Source: a virus. From it: a DNA stretch of 41,941 nucleotides. A program made the translations under genes and the position numbers. Positions 17,145-25,850 of the stretch are shown here, one piece after another. Each line of letters begins with the position of its first letter. Position 1 is the stretch's first letter. The notes beneath the pieces are model-generated. The model was given only the letters and a program-made list of their open reading frames with translations, made no database searches and had not been told where the DNA came from. The stretch lies in UHGV virus genome UHGV-1354005; one strand, written 5' to 3'.

Positions 17145-17705
17145 ATGAAAATAATCGTAGATATAGGGCATGCCCGGAAGACAGGGGCGGAAGGGAATGG
17201 GTTGGAAGAGCATGAGGTATCATGCGTAGTAGCGGGCTATCTGGTGGAAGAGTTGGGAAAACTTGGACATGAGGTGCAGGTGTTGGACTTTCCGAGGATG
17301 AGCAATGCGGCAGACTTGAACGAAACGATAAAGGCGGCGAATGCGTCTGGGTACGAGGCAGGAGTATCGTTGCATTGCGACAGCGCAAGTAAAATTGTAG
17401 GAGGCAAGGAGGTATTGAATCCGGAGCCACATGGGGCGCATGTATGCTTTTATCCGAGTAGCGTAAAAGGAGCACGGCTGGCGAGTGCGATAGCAGGTGA
17501 GCTGTGTGTATTGTTGCCGGGGAGGGCAAACAAAGTGCAGGGGCGAGCGAACCTTGCGATATTGAGGAAGACGAAGATGCCGTTTGTATTGTGTGAGTGT
17601 GGATTTATAAGCAACCCGGAGGACGCAGAGGTGATGAGGAGGCGGCCAAAGGAAATAGCGGAAGCAATAGCGAAAGGAGTGGACGCCTATGCGAGAGGAA
17701 AGTGA
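17145..17705 (+). CDS. N-acetylmuramoyl-L-alanine amidase (Amidase_3 family) endolysin
   Basis: From Met 17145: KIIVDIGHARKTGAEG (cf. IxIDAGHGGxDxGA), GVSLHCDS (cf. SIHADA) and FVLCECGFISNPEDAE (cf. EVGFISNPEE). The track start at 17076 is a GTG. Confidence 0.75.
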   Translation: MKIIVDIGHARKTGAEGNGLEEHEVSCVVAGYLVEELGKLGHEVQVLDFPRMSNAADLNETIKAANASGYEAGVSLHCDSASKIVGGKEVLNPEPHGAHVCFYPSSVKGARLASAIAGELCVLLPGRANKVQGRANLAILRKTKMPFVLCECGFISNPEDAEVMRRRPKEIAEAIAKGVDAYARGK

Positions 17706-18099
17706 GGAGGCAATGGACAAAGAGGCAGTAGGAGAGTTTGTTGACAGCATCGTAATGGCCCCCGAAGTGGGAGGTGTTGACGAGAAGGCAGAGGGATTTG
17801 TGTGGGTATTGAGGAGCAAGAACAAGTTTTTGGTAAGGGAGGGGAAGAAGGACAGGAGTGGGCAAAGGTGGAAGCGGAAGCCAGAATACGCTTACATGTA
17901 TTACCGAGGGATGATGGCAGGAGGGGTGCAGAAGGAAGCATCGTGCCTGTTATCGGAGGCGAAAGTGTTTGACCTGCCGTTGCCTAGGAGGAAGTATAAC
18001 ACGGAGGTATGGGACGTTGTGAGGTGCAGGCTAGTTGAGGATGCAGTAGAGGAACCGATATATAGCGAAGCGGAAGCGTTGCTAAAGTTTAACCGTTAG
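17689..18099 (+). CDS. hypothetical protein; positional candidate for terminase small subunit
   Basis: 136 aa, immediately upstream of TerL. No motif recognised. Confidence 0.3.
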   Translation: MREESEEAMDKEAVGEFVDSIVMAPEVGGVDEKAEGFVWVLRSKNKFLVREGKKDRSGQRWKRKPEYAYMYYRGMMAGGVQKEASCLLSEAKVFDLPLPRRKYNTEVWDVVRCRLVEDAVEEPIYSEAEALLKFNR

Positions 18100-18101
18100 T
18101 T

Positions 18102-19682
18102 ATGGAAGTAAGCGAGATAGCCAAGTTGTTGAAAGACCCGATGTGGAGGATATCGCATTTGTATGAGATAAAACTCACGGACGGGAACATCATACCATAC
18201 AAGCCGAGGAAGTTTCAGGAGGAGTTGCACCGGGCGTGTTACTGTGAGGGGAAGCGTCGTTTTTTGATACCAAAGAGTAGGCGTCAGGGGTGTTCTACGG
18301 CGATAGGTGTGATGATGGCAGACATGGCGGCTTTTGAGGAGGGGTGGAAACTGGCGTTGGTGGACAGGACGCTGGGGGACGCAAAGGAAAAGCTGACGGA
18401 CATTGTGAAGGTAGCCTTGGACAGTTTGAAGCGGAAATTGCCGGGGTTGTTTGAGATAAGCTATTTCCAGTCCCGCATCATAGTGAAGATGACAGGGAGG
18501 AGGGCCAGCGAGATAGTTGGCGGTAAATATTTCCGAGGCAGTGGGCTTGGTTTTGCCCACATATCAGAGCTTGGTACCATAGCGACGAGCGAACCGAAGC
18601 GAGCGGCAGAAATAGTAAACGGCACATTCCCGGCGGCCAAGGACGGCTTTATATTCGTGGAGACGACGGTACGAGGCGGGAAGCGAGGGGTATTCTACGA
18701 AAACGTGATGAATGCGTTGAGCGTGCCGGAGGAGGAGCGTGGGGATAAAGATTTCCATGTGGTATTTTTGCCGTGGTGGAGTGACGAGAACAACAAATCG
18801 AAGGGGGGAGAGGCGATAAATGCGGCCACAGAGAGTTATTTTGAGACGCTTAGGAGCAAGAGCGGGATTGTTGTAACCGAGGAGCAAAAGCGTTGGTGGC
18901 AACAGGCCAAGAGGCAACACGGGGTGTCGATGAATGAGGAGTACCCTTCGACCTTGGAAGAGGCTTTTGAGGTTCCGATGGAGGGTGCCATATTGGAGGC
19001 GGTGTTGGACAAGGCAGTACAGGAGGGCGCTTTTCGGAAGTTGGCCTATGACGCGACAAAGCCATGCTATTGCACATGGGACTTGGGCGCGCCGCTAAAC
19101 ACGATTAACCTTGTATTCCAGCTGGACGGCCCCTTCATCAACGTATTGGAGTTGGACAGCGGGTTGCATGCAAGCGAACGTGTGGCAGAGCGTGTAACAA
19201 GGCTCAAAAGCAAATATCCTACATTACAGGCAAACTTCCTTCCGCATGACGGAGGGTACATGACGGACACGGGGATGACACAGGCGCAGATGTGGCAGGA
19301 GGCAGGGTTGCCGGGCATACAGTTGTTACCGAAATCGAAAGACAAATGGATAGGCATCAATTACCTTTTGGGTATGTTTGACCTGTTCCGGTTTGACGTG
19401 GAGGGGACAGGCAGGGCGTATAGCTACTGGTTAAGCTACAGGTGCAAGCCGGAGGTAAGCGAGGGAGGCATATTCAAGAATGAGATTGTGCATGACAATG
19501 CGTCCCATTGGGCAGACCCGTTGAGGTATGTAGCGGAGGCGAAAATGAACAATTTGCTTGTGCAAGGTCCAACAACCCAAGACTATAAGGCAGGAATAAC
19601 ATGTACATTTGGGAAATATCATCGTGAGCGAAACATTGGACATAACTGGCGAGGACGGTTTGAGCGTACTTTCCGAATCTGA
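18102..19682 (+). CDS. terL: terminase large subunit
   Basis: 526 aa. The N-terminal ATPase region has PRKFQEEL and a KSRRQGCST P-loop-like segment. The C-terminal region looks like a nuclease with acidic residues (LPHDGGY, WADPLRY). The portal gene follows, as in the canonical order. Confidence 0.75.
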   Translation: MEVSEIAKLLKDPMWRISHLYEIKLTDGNIIPYKPRKFQEELHRACYCEGKRRFLIPKSRRQGCSTAIGVMMADMAAFEEGWKLALVDRTLGDAKEKLTDIVKVALDSLKRKLPGLFEISYFQSRIIVKMTGRRASEIVGGKYFRGSGLGFAHISELGTIATSEPKRAAEIVNGTFPAAKDGFIFVETTVRGGKRGVFYENVMNALSVPEEERGDKDFHVVFLPWWSDENNKSKGGEAINAATESYFETLRSKSGIVVTEEQKRWWQQAKRQHGVSMNEEYPSTLEEAFEVPMEGAILEAVLDKAVQEGAFRKLAYDATKPCYCTWDLGAPLNTINLVFQLDGPFINVLELDSGLHASERVAERVTRLKSKYPTLQANFLPHDGGYMTDTGMTQAQMWQEAGLPGIQLLPKSKDKWIGINYLLGMFDLFRFDVEGTGRAYSYWLSYRCKPEVSEGGIFKNEIVHDNASHWADPLRYVAEAKMNNLLVQGPTTQDYKAGITCTFGKYHRERNIGHNWRGRFERTFRI

Positions 19683-20067
19683 CAGGGTGTTAAGGAGGGA
19701 CGCAGGGGTGGGATTGAGTGAGGCATGGAAGCTTCACGAGGGAGGCGTGCGCCTCTATACCGGAGGCGGGCTTGTGTTGGGACACTACTACCGCATCGAC
19801 CCGGAGGAGGTTCGTGTGTGGGGCATGGAGTCAGAGTTTCTTCGGACAAGGCATATTTCCGATAGCGCTGTGGACTATGAGGAGGCCAATGGCTTTTTCT
19901 TTTTTTTGGGTATTGGAGACTATGTTGGCTTTTTAAAGCACTTAAAGGCAAGCACACACCTTCAATTTGGTAGTGGACATAGGAGAGGAAAGTTGTATGT
20001 TTACTCACGTAAGGAGTTGGACTTATACATAAAACTTAAACTAAGGAGTAAAAAATGTCAGGAGTAG
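19609..20067 (+). CDS. questionable ORF overlapping the terL 3' end (TTG start; first ATG far downstream)
   Basis: The open frame spans the 370-bp gap between terL and the next gene. Its coding status is uncertain. Confidence 0.2.
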   Translation: MGNIIVSETLDITGEDGLSVLSESDRVLRRDAGVGLSEAWKLHEGGVRLYTGGGLVLGHYYRIDPEEVRVWGMESEFLRTRHISDSAVDYEEANGFFFFLGIGDYVGFLKHLKASTHLQFGSGHRRGKLYVYSRKELDLYIKLKLRSKKCQE

Positions 20068-20351
20068 GAAGTGCAGTAGGAGCAGTAGTAGGAACAATCA
20101 TTGCGCCCGGCGTGGGGACTACAATCGGTGCGGCCTTGGGTGGTGCGGCTGATAGTGTTGCCAGCAAGGGTAAAGGTGAGTCAACCAAGGCACCGGAGGC
20201 CCCCAAACCTGTGAAGACGTATGAGACGCAACAGGAGGCAGTAAGGAGCCAGTCGGAGGCAAACAGGCGCAGGAGTTCTTTCTCAAATACGTTTGTTGCA
20301 TCCAGAGGGATGGGAACAGGCGGCATTGGTAAAAGCTTTTTAGGCCAGTAA
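20055..20351 (+). CDS. small Gly/Ala-rich protein
   Basis: 98 aa with an N-terminal GxGxAxG-rich hydrophobic region. Its stop abuts the portal start. Confidence 0.35.
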   Translation: MSGVGSAVGAVVGTIIAPGVGTTIGAALGGAADSVASKGKGESTKAPEAPKPVKTYETQQEAVRSQSEANRRRSSFSNTFVASRGMGTGGIGKSFLGQ

Positions 20352-20352
20352 T

Positions 20353-21978
20353 ATGTTGTACAACAACCAGAGTCCAAAGCAGAAGAGGGAGCAACTCTAT
20401 TCGTACAGACAGAGATATGTGTCTAACTGGCAACGAGTTGCGGAGTTTGTAGAGCCAGACAGGCGGTTTAACCTGAATGGAGCTGTACAGGAATCCACAC
20501 CTAATAATGAGGGATATATTGACACGACGCTTGAGCGTGCGTTGAGGCTGAACGCAACAGGCCAGCATGAGCTTGTAATGCCCAAGGCTAGTGAGTGGTT
20601 CACCTTTACGCCCTTGGCGAAAGCGGCAGACAGGGAGCTGGTGACAAGCACCATTGACGACGAGTATGCCGAGACTGCAAGGGTTGTGTCCATGTTCATG
20701 AGGAACAGCAACCTGCACACGGCAAGCGAGCTTTTCTTCTGGGACAGGGCGGCTTATGGCATTGGCGCTTTTTGGGCAGAGTGGGACACAAGGAAGCGAG
20801 GCTTTAGCTTTTATTCAATCCCCGTTGGGACATTCATGGTGGACAAAGACAAATTTGGCCGGATGAATATGTTCTGTTGGGACGACTGGATGCGAAACCA
20901 AGACATTGTAGCAACGTTCCCGGAAAAGAATTTGCCTCAAACGGTAAAGGATAAATACATGGCCAACTCCAACAGCCCGGACAACTACCTTGTGTTCCAT
21001 TTGTTGGAGCGAGTGGAGCGCACCGGGGACGAAGGGCTTATTGCCCGTGCGGACGGCAAGGAGTGGGTGCTTCGTTCCGTGTACGACGCAACAGGCGACG
21101 TATTGCTTGAGCAATTCTTCAAGAACTGTCCTGTCATTTGTTGCAACTGTTTTGACTTGCCCAACAGCCCGTATGGGTATGGGTTTGGGAAGGTTTCCTT
21201 GGCAGACCAGATTGAGCTGGTGAATTGCCTGAAAGCGTTGGCAGAGGCGGCCCAGCAGAAGATTTTCCCGCCGATGCTTGTACCCGAAGGCTTCCAAGGG
21301 AACATTGGCTATGGTGCTGGGGAGGTAACAACCTTTAACCCGCTGAACATTCAGGCAAGGCCGTCGCCCCTGTTCCAACAGGCTTCACAAACCTCTGACT
21401 GTCAATGGCAAATTGAGCGGTTCGAGCGTGTCATCAATGAGGCATGTGACGTTAATTTGTTTATGCCGCTGTTGCAGGTGAAGGACCCGCAATACATGAA
21501 GGCCACAGTAGCGCAGATGATTGAGTCTTATTCGGCACGTATCAGCTCTACGGCTTATACGAGGTTGATTGAGCAATTCCTGCAACCCTTGGTGGACTTT
21601 TGCTACAACACGCTGGTGCAACATGGTTATGTCCGTCCTTTGAGGGATTACCATATCCAGTTCTGCACGCCGTTCCAGATTCTTTTGGACAGGCATCAGC
21701 CGACCTTGTTTACGGAGTTCCTGCAAACGGTAGTCATTCCTCTTTCACAAATCGACCCGACCGTTCTGGACTCTGTGAATGCTGACTATATTTTCCGAAG
21801 GAGCATGCTTGATATTGGCCTGTCACCCAAGTACTCTAGGACGGAGGCGAAGGTGGAACAGATGAGGAGAGAACGCCAAGCGGCTCAAGACGAGGCAAAC
21901 CAGATGGCTAATGCCAAGACATTCTCGGAAGTGCAGAAGAATCTTGGAGCGGCCAGCAAAGACATGAATCTGATTTAA
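20353..21978 (+). CDS. portal protein (positional call)
   Basis: 541 aa, directly after terL and before the scaffold and capsid genes. Confidence 0.5.
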   Translation: MLYNNQSPKQKREQLYSYRQRYVSNWQRVAEFVEPDRRFNLNGAVQESTPNNEGYIDTTLERALRLNATGQHELVMPKASEWFTFTPLAKAADRELVTSTIDDEYAETARVVSMFMRNSNLHTASELFFWDRAAYGIGAFWAEWDTRKRGFSFYSIPVGTFMVDKDKFGRMNMFCWDDWMRNQDIVATFPEKNLPQTVKDKYMANSNSPDNYLVFHLLERVERTGDEGLIARADGKEWVLRSVYDATGDVLLEQFFKNCPVICCNCFDLPNSPYGYGFGKVSLADQIELVNCLKALAEAAQQKIFPPMLVPEGFQGNIGYGAGEVTTFNPLNIQARPSPLFQQASQTSDCQWQIERFERVINEACDVNLFMPLLQVKDPQYMKATVAQMIESYSARISSTAYTRLIEQFLQPLVDFCYNTLVQHGYVRPLRDYHIQFCTPFQILLDRHQPTLFTEFLQTVVIPLSQIDPTVLDSVNADYIFRRSMLDIGLSPKYSRTEAKVEQMRRERQAAQDEANQMANAKTFSEVQKNLGAASKDMNLI

Positions 21979-21980
21979 TC

Positions 21981-22253
21981 ATGAAAGCAGACAAAAACAC
22001 GGACGAAGTAGAAATCACCAGCCTTCTTGGGGACACGGTAAGGATTCCCAAGGAGGTGTATGACAAAGCCAAGGAAGTATTGGATTCCGACCCGGACAAA
22101 TACATCCTGTTCGTCCTCAAGGCGATTGCCAGCGGAAGCAGGTACAATCTTCCAGGCGCATTGAAGGCAGGATTCAACGAGAACAAACTCTTCTATATTG
22201 AAGGAATAAACGCACTAATTGAAGTAATCGAAGCATTATATGAGCGAAACTGA
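21981..22253 (+). CDS. hypothetical small protein
   Basis: 90 aa, between the portal and scaffold genes. Confidence 0.35.
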   Translation: MKADKNTDEVEITSLLGDTVRIPKEVYDKAKEVLDSDPDKYILFVLKAIASGSRYNLPGALKAGFNENKLFYIEGINALIEVIEALYERN

Positions 22254-23127
22254 AACCACCCAGCCCGCCGCGCAACAGGCGCAACCTCCGGCTACACAGG
22301 AAACTAAGATGCCGGGAACCATGTCATTGAGCGACCCTTCCTTAACCCAAAAACCTGCCGAGACATTTACTGTTGACAGCATTGTAAACAAAGACGGCAC
22401 GTTTAAGGAAGGGTGGGCCTCTTCTTTTGAGGGAGGCGAGAGCTTGTCCAATAAGTATAACAATATCAATGACTTAATCAAAGGCTTTGTTAATGCCAAC
22501 AAGCTTATTGGTAAAAAGTCGGAACAGGTTACACGCCCCGGAGCCGATGCTACTGACGAGCAGAAGAAGGCATGGCGTGAGCATTTGGGTGTTCCTGAAA
22601 AAGCGGAAGACTACCAAGTCCCTGACGAATACAAAGAGACGGTGGACGCAGAGTCGTTTAAAGAGTTTGCCCAGTTTGCCCATGAGCATAACATCCCTGC
22701 CGACACGATGCAGGAGTTGCTTCGTTTTCAGGAACGGTATGCGGCCAAGCTGAATGAGGCTAATGCCAAGCGAATCGAAGAACAGGCAAAAGAGGCTAAG
22801 AAATACTTCCAAGCGGAGTGGGGAGGCTTGTATGAGCGCAACTTCAACTTGCTCAAGGACGGCCTTGTGAGGGCAGGGATTGACATTGAGTCCCCTGACA
22901 TGGCGGGCGCTCTGAACAATCCCTTCATCCTTTCTGCGTTGTTTGACAAGGTTTCCAGTATGCAGGACGGAACGATGCCCGTCCCCGGCTTCATGAAGGC
23001 TTCTGCGGCTGACGCTAAGGAGCAAATCATGGGGTTGATTAACAAGTATGGCTCGGTAAACCAAATGCCTCATGACGCACGAGAGCTGTACCACAGGCTC
23101 CTTGCGAACAAAAATATCAAATGGTGA
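22240..23127 (+). CDS. scaffolding protein candidate
   Basis: 295 aa, acidic and Q/A/E-rich with predicted coiled coil. It lies between the portal and major capsid genes. Confidence 0.4.
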   Translation: MSETETTQPAAQQAQPPATQETKMPGTMSLSDPSLTQKPAETFTVDSIVNKDGTFKEGWASSFEGGESLSNKYNNINDLIKGFVNANKLIGKKSEQVTRPGADATDEQKKAWREHLGVPEKAEDYQVPDEYKETVDAESFKEFAQFAHEHNIPADTMQELLRFQERYAAKLNEANAKRIEEQAKEAKKYFQAEWGGLYERNFNLLKDGLVRAGIDIESPDMAGALNNPFILSALFDKVSSMQDGTMPVPGFMKASAADAKEQIMGLINKYGSVNQMPHDARELYHRLLANKNIKW

Positions 23128-23231
23128 AGCAAGTTATGCTTGCATGCGCCATGCCGTAAGGGTTTAATAGTCCCTGTGATGGTGTGAGTTTTTTTCTCCG
23201 TATTTTGTCTCACACCAAAAACAAAATGCTA

Positions 23232-23286
23232 ATGCCCGTTGGAGGTTCTTATGTTGTGTTCTTTCCTCCAACGGGCATTTTTTTAT
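23232..23286 (+). terminator. rho-independent terminator
   Basis: atgcccgttggagg pairs with cctccaacgggcat in a 14-bp stem, followed by a T9 run. Confidence 0.55.
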
Positions 23287-23391
23287 TGCAATCTCTCGTC
23301 GTGTGTTGCATACTGCGCTTGCTGTTGTAAAACAGTAGTGTGATTGCATGATTCAATAAGAGCGAAAAGGCGATAACATAGGGATAAATGA

Positions 23392-23424
23392 GGAGGGGGT
23401 ACGTTTGTGCATAGCGTACCCCCT
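23392..23424 (+). other. second hairpin followed by a TAttTTTG -7-like motif (terminator and/or capsid promoter)
   Basis: gagggggtacg pairs with cgtaccccctc. The upstream TTTG and the downstream TATTTTTG are 19 nt apart, the spacing of a Bacteroidetes-type promoter. Confidence 0.4.
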
Positions 23425-23603
23425 CTATTTTTGTTTGCTTTTTCATAAAGTTTATGCATTTGTTTTCTTAAAGGCAACCCGTTTGGACACTTGCTTAATA
23501 CTCATAGTATAAGAGGACAGCCGTCTTCCTCATTAAACAGCCCTACTTTAAGGACACCTGTCGAACCCATTTTGACGGTAAGAATTAAAAGTATAATTAA
23601 ATT

Positions 23604-24596
23604 ATGGCAAATTACGGAAACTTCCAGACGCTTGCTGTAAACGAGTACACGCCCATGATTTATGCGGCTGTTCAGCAGATGCGCTCTAGAACGGAGCGTT
23701 TCATGAGGGTTTACGGCATGAATTCCCGGCAGCGCAGGTTCCAAATCATTGACCCTGTAAGCTCCACTCAAATCACCGACCTGTATGGTGCGACCAACCC
23801 GCAACAGGCCGAGTTCAGACAGCGGTGGCTTAAAACCAAAATCTTCAAGTCCACTCATGAGATTTCCCGCACGGAAATGCAACAGGCAGGGACTATTGAC
23901 TCTCCGCTTCCCCGCATTGTGGACGCAGAGCGCATGGAAATGCAACGTCGCCGTGACTTGGTGGCTGTTGAGGGCCTTATTGGTACTGCGTGGACTGGCG
24001 AGAATGGCGACATCCCCGTTGCCTTCAACGAAGCGGCCAACACGATTCCTGTTGGCTACGTGCAGAGCGGAACCTATACGGCATCCGGCCTGACCTTTGA
24101 CAAGATTGTACGAGCCAAGACTATCTTTGGCATGCGTAACGTGTTGGGGCAGGACGTGGAACGTCAGGATTTGGGTGGCCCTGAAATGGTAATCCTTTGT
24201 ACCCATGAAGAGCTTGCGGCTCTCTACGGCATCAAGGAATTCACGAACATCCTTTACTCCGACCAGCGTCCGATTGCCAGCGGCTACATTGACAACGTGC
24301 TTGGCGTGCGTTTCATTGCGCTGACTGCGGACATGCTTCCGTTCGGTTCCCGTCCGCTTGGTACTGCGGCCGACCCGACCGATGGTCTATCCACGGCGAA
24401 TGTGCGAACCCTCATTGCCTTCACGATGAACTCTGTTGCGTTTGGCGTGCTGGAAGAGCTGTTCGTTCGGATTGAGGAACTTCCGACCAACCAGTATGTA
24501 TGGCAGACGTACTCTGAAATCGCAATGGGTGCGACCCGAATCGAAGACAAGGGCGTGCTAAAGATTGATGTTTCTGGTTCAAGCGGTAATTTCTAA
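23604..24596 (+). CDS. major capsid protein (positional call)
   Basis: 330 aa. It follows the scaffold gene and a long leader that carries terminator and promoter signals. Confidence 0.5.
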   Translation: MANYGNFQTLAVNEYTPMIYAAVQQMRSRTERFMRVYGMNSRQRRFQIIDPVSSTQITDLYGATNPQQAEFRQRWLKTKIFKSTHEISRTEMQQAGTIDSPLPRIVDAERMEMQRRRDLVAVEGLIGTAWTGENGDIPVAFNEAANTIPVGYVQSGTYTASGLTFDKIVRAKTIFGMRNVLGQDVERQDLGGPEMVILCTHEELAALYGIKEFTNILYSDQRPIASGYIDNVLGVRFIALTADMLPFGSRPLGTAADPTDGLSTANVRTLIAFTMNSVAFGVLEELFVRIEELPTNQYVWQTYSEIAMGATRIEDKGVLKIDVSGSSGNF

Positions 24597-24621
24597 TCAA
24601 ACAAAGGAAGGAGTATAATAT

Positions 24622-25161
24622 ATGGCTATTGTAAATTCTTTGGCTAAAACCCAAGTGGAAGCTGGTATGCCGCCCTATTTGAGCGCACAGCTACAGCGTG
24701 GGCAGGTGCTGAAAAAGACTATCGTTTACAAGGCTGGGACTGCGGCAACCGCCGCTTCCTCCACCATTATGGACATCCCTCTTCCTCCGGGAGTAGTGAT
24801 TGATGTCTCCTCGATTGCGTGTACGCATGACGGGATTGGTGCAGGAAATCTCACCTTGGGCCTAGAAGTCCACGATAAGCGTGGGGACAAGGTTAATGAT
24901 GATGGACTTTCTCTTCCAGCACTTACCGTAACCACAACCGCAGGTGAAATCGTTCGGTTTGCTTCAACCACCAATTTTGGAAGCAAGATTCTCTGGGACC
25001 CTGCCCAGTTCTTGGTGGATAATAATGTACTTATCAACGGAACTGCGGCAACATATGCTCTTCTCAAGGAGAAATATGATTTCGTTCTGACTATTACCAA
25101 CTCTGCGGCGATTGCGGCCAACAAGCAGTTTGTAATCGTTATGGACTTAGTTATCCCCTAA
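24622..25161 (+). CDS. virion structural protein (hypothetical)
   Basis: 179 aa and T/A/G-rich, in the structural block. Confidence 0.4.
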   Translation: MAIVNSLAKTQVEAGMPPYLSAQLQRGQVLKKTIVYKAGTAATAASSTIMDIPLPPGVVIDVSSIACTHDGIGAGNLTLGLEVHDKRGDKVNDDGLSLPALTVTTTAGEIVRFASTTNFGSKILWDPAQFLVDNNVLINGTAATYALLKEKYDFVLTITNSAAIAANKQFVIVMDLVIP

Positions 25162-25173
25162 TCTGAAAAAACA

Positions 25174-25830
25174 ATGACTGACCTAGATATTGCTAATTAT
25201 GCCTTGGGGTTGTTAGGCCAATACAAAATCCAAAGCTACCCGGAAACGGGGAAAAAGTCAGTAGAAGGTCAGGCATTAGAGGCATATCTTCCATTCGCTA
25301 TTCAAGATGTCATGATTGATGGCGAATGGAACTTCGCCCGGAAAAGGGTAATCATTGAGCCGTCACCCACAGAGGTGGCGGCCTTTGGTTATCACAATGC
25401 TTTCCCGAAGCCTGACGACTTGGTGACAATCATATCCGTGAATGGAGAGCCTTGGAACATTCAGGCGCAGTTTGTGCAGATAGAGGGAGAGTTTATCTTG
25501 GCAAACGTTGACCAGTTGAGGCTGGTTTACATTGCCGCCCCCACAGACGGGACAACGCTTCAAGGCATACCTGACCAGCTAAAACCGCTCATAGGAATCA
25601 GGTGGGCCTATCTTACGTGTGTGCGCATCACGAACAACATTGAACTCTACAACATGATAGCGGACATGTACCAGAGGGAGTTGCACAGGATGCGGGACAA
25701 CGACTTCATCAACAACACGGGAGGCAGGTTTAACTACCGCAACAAGCTTATGAGCCAGTCCACTTGGGGCCGCTATCCGTTTGGGACGACAGCACCCTAC
25801 CAAGGCTCTTATACCTACATTCCCGATTAA
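25174..25830 (+). CDS. virion structural protein (hypothetical)
   Basis: 218 aa, in the structural block. Confidence 0.4.
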   Translation: MTDLDIANYALGLLGQYKIQSYPETGKKSVEGQALEAYLPFAIQDVMIDGEWNFARKRVIIEPSPTEVAAFGYHNAFPKPDDLVTIISVNGEPWNIQAQFVQIEGEFILANVDQLRLVYIAAPTDGTTLQGIPDQLKPLIGIRWAYLTCVRITNNIELYNMIADMYQRELHRMRDNDFINNTGGRFNYRNKLMSQSTWGRYPFGTTAPYQGSYTYIPD

Positions 25831-25850
25831 ACTAAAAACCTTCCAGACAT

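Noticed and set aside
15737-17825. Long minus-strand ORFs rich in Pro/Ser/Leu/His (e.g. 15737-16249, 16483-17037, 17220-17825)
   Set aside because: They are mirror-image artefacts of C-depleted, purine-rich coding DNA on the + strand. They overlap genes with clear motifs (amidase and terL) and have low-complexity composition.
19683-20054. Programmed frameshift extending terL into ORF 19609-20067
   Set aside because: There is no slippery heptamer at the frame junction. terL already has a normal length and a complete nuclease region. The ORF more likely reflects purine-rich compositional bias, or a small independent gene.
20119-21378. Minus-strand ORFs antisense to the portal gene (20119-20718, 20815-21378 and others), and similar antisense ORFs inside the 1430-aa and 2064-aa genes
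   Set aside because: They are fully embedded in long sense-strand genes with coherent structural-module order. Their composition is Cys/His/Arg-rich, which is typical of antisense frames.
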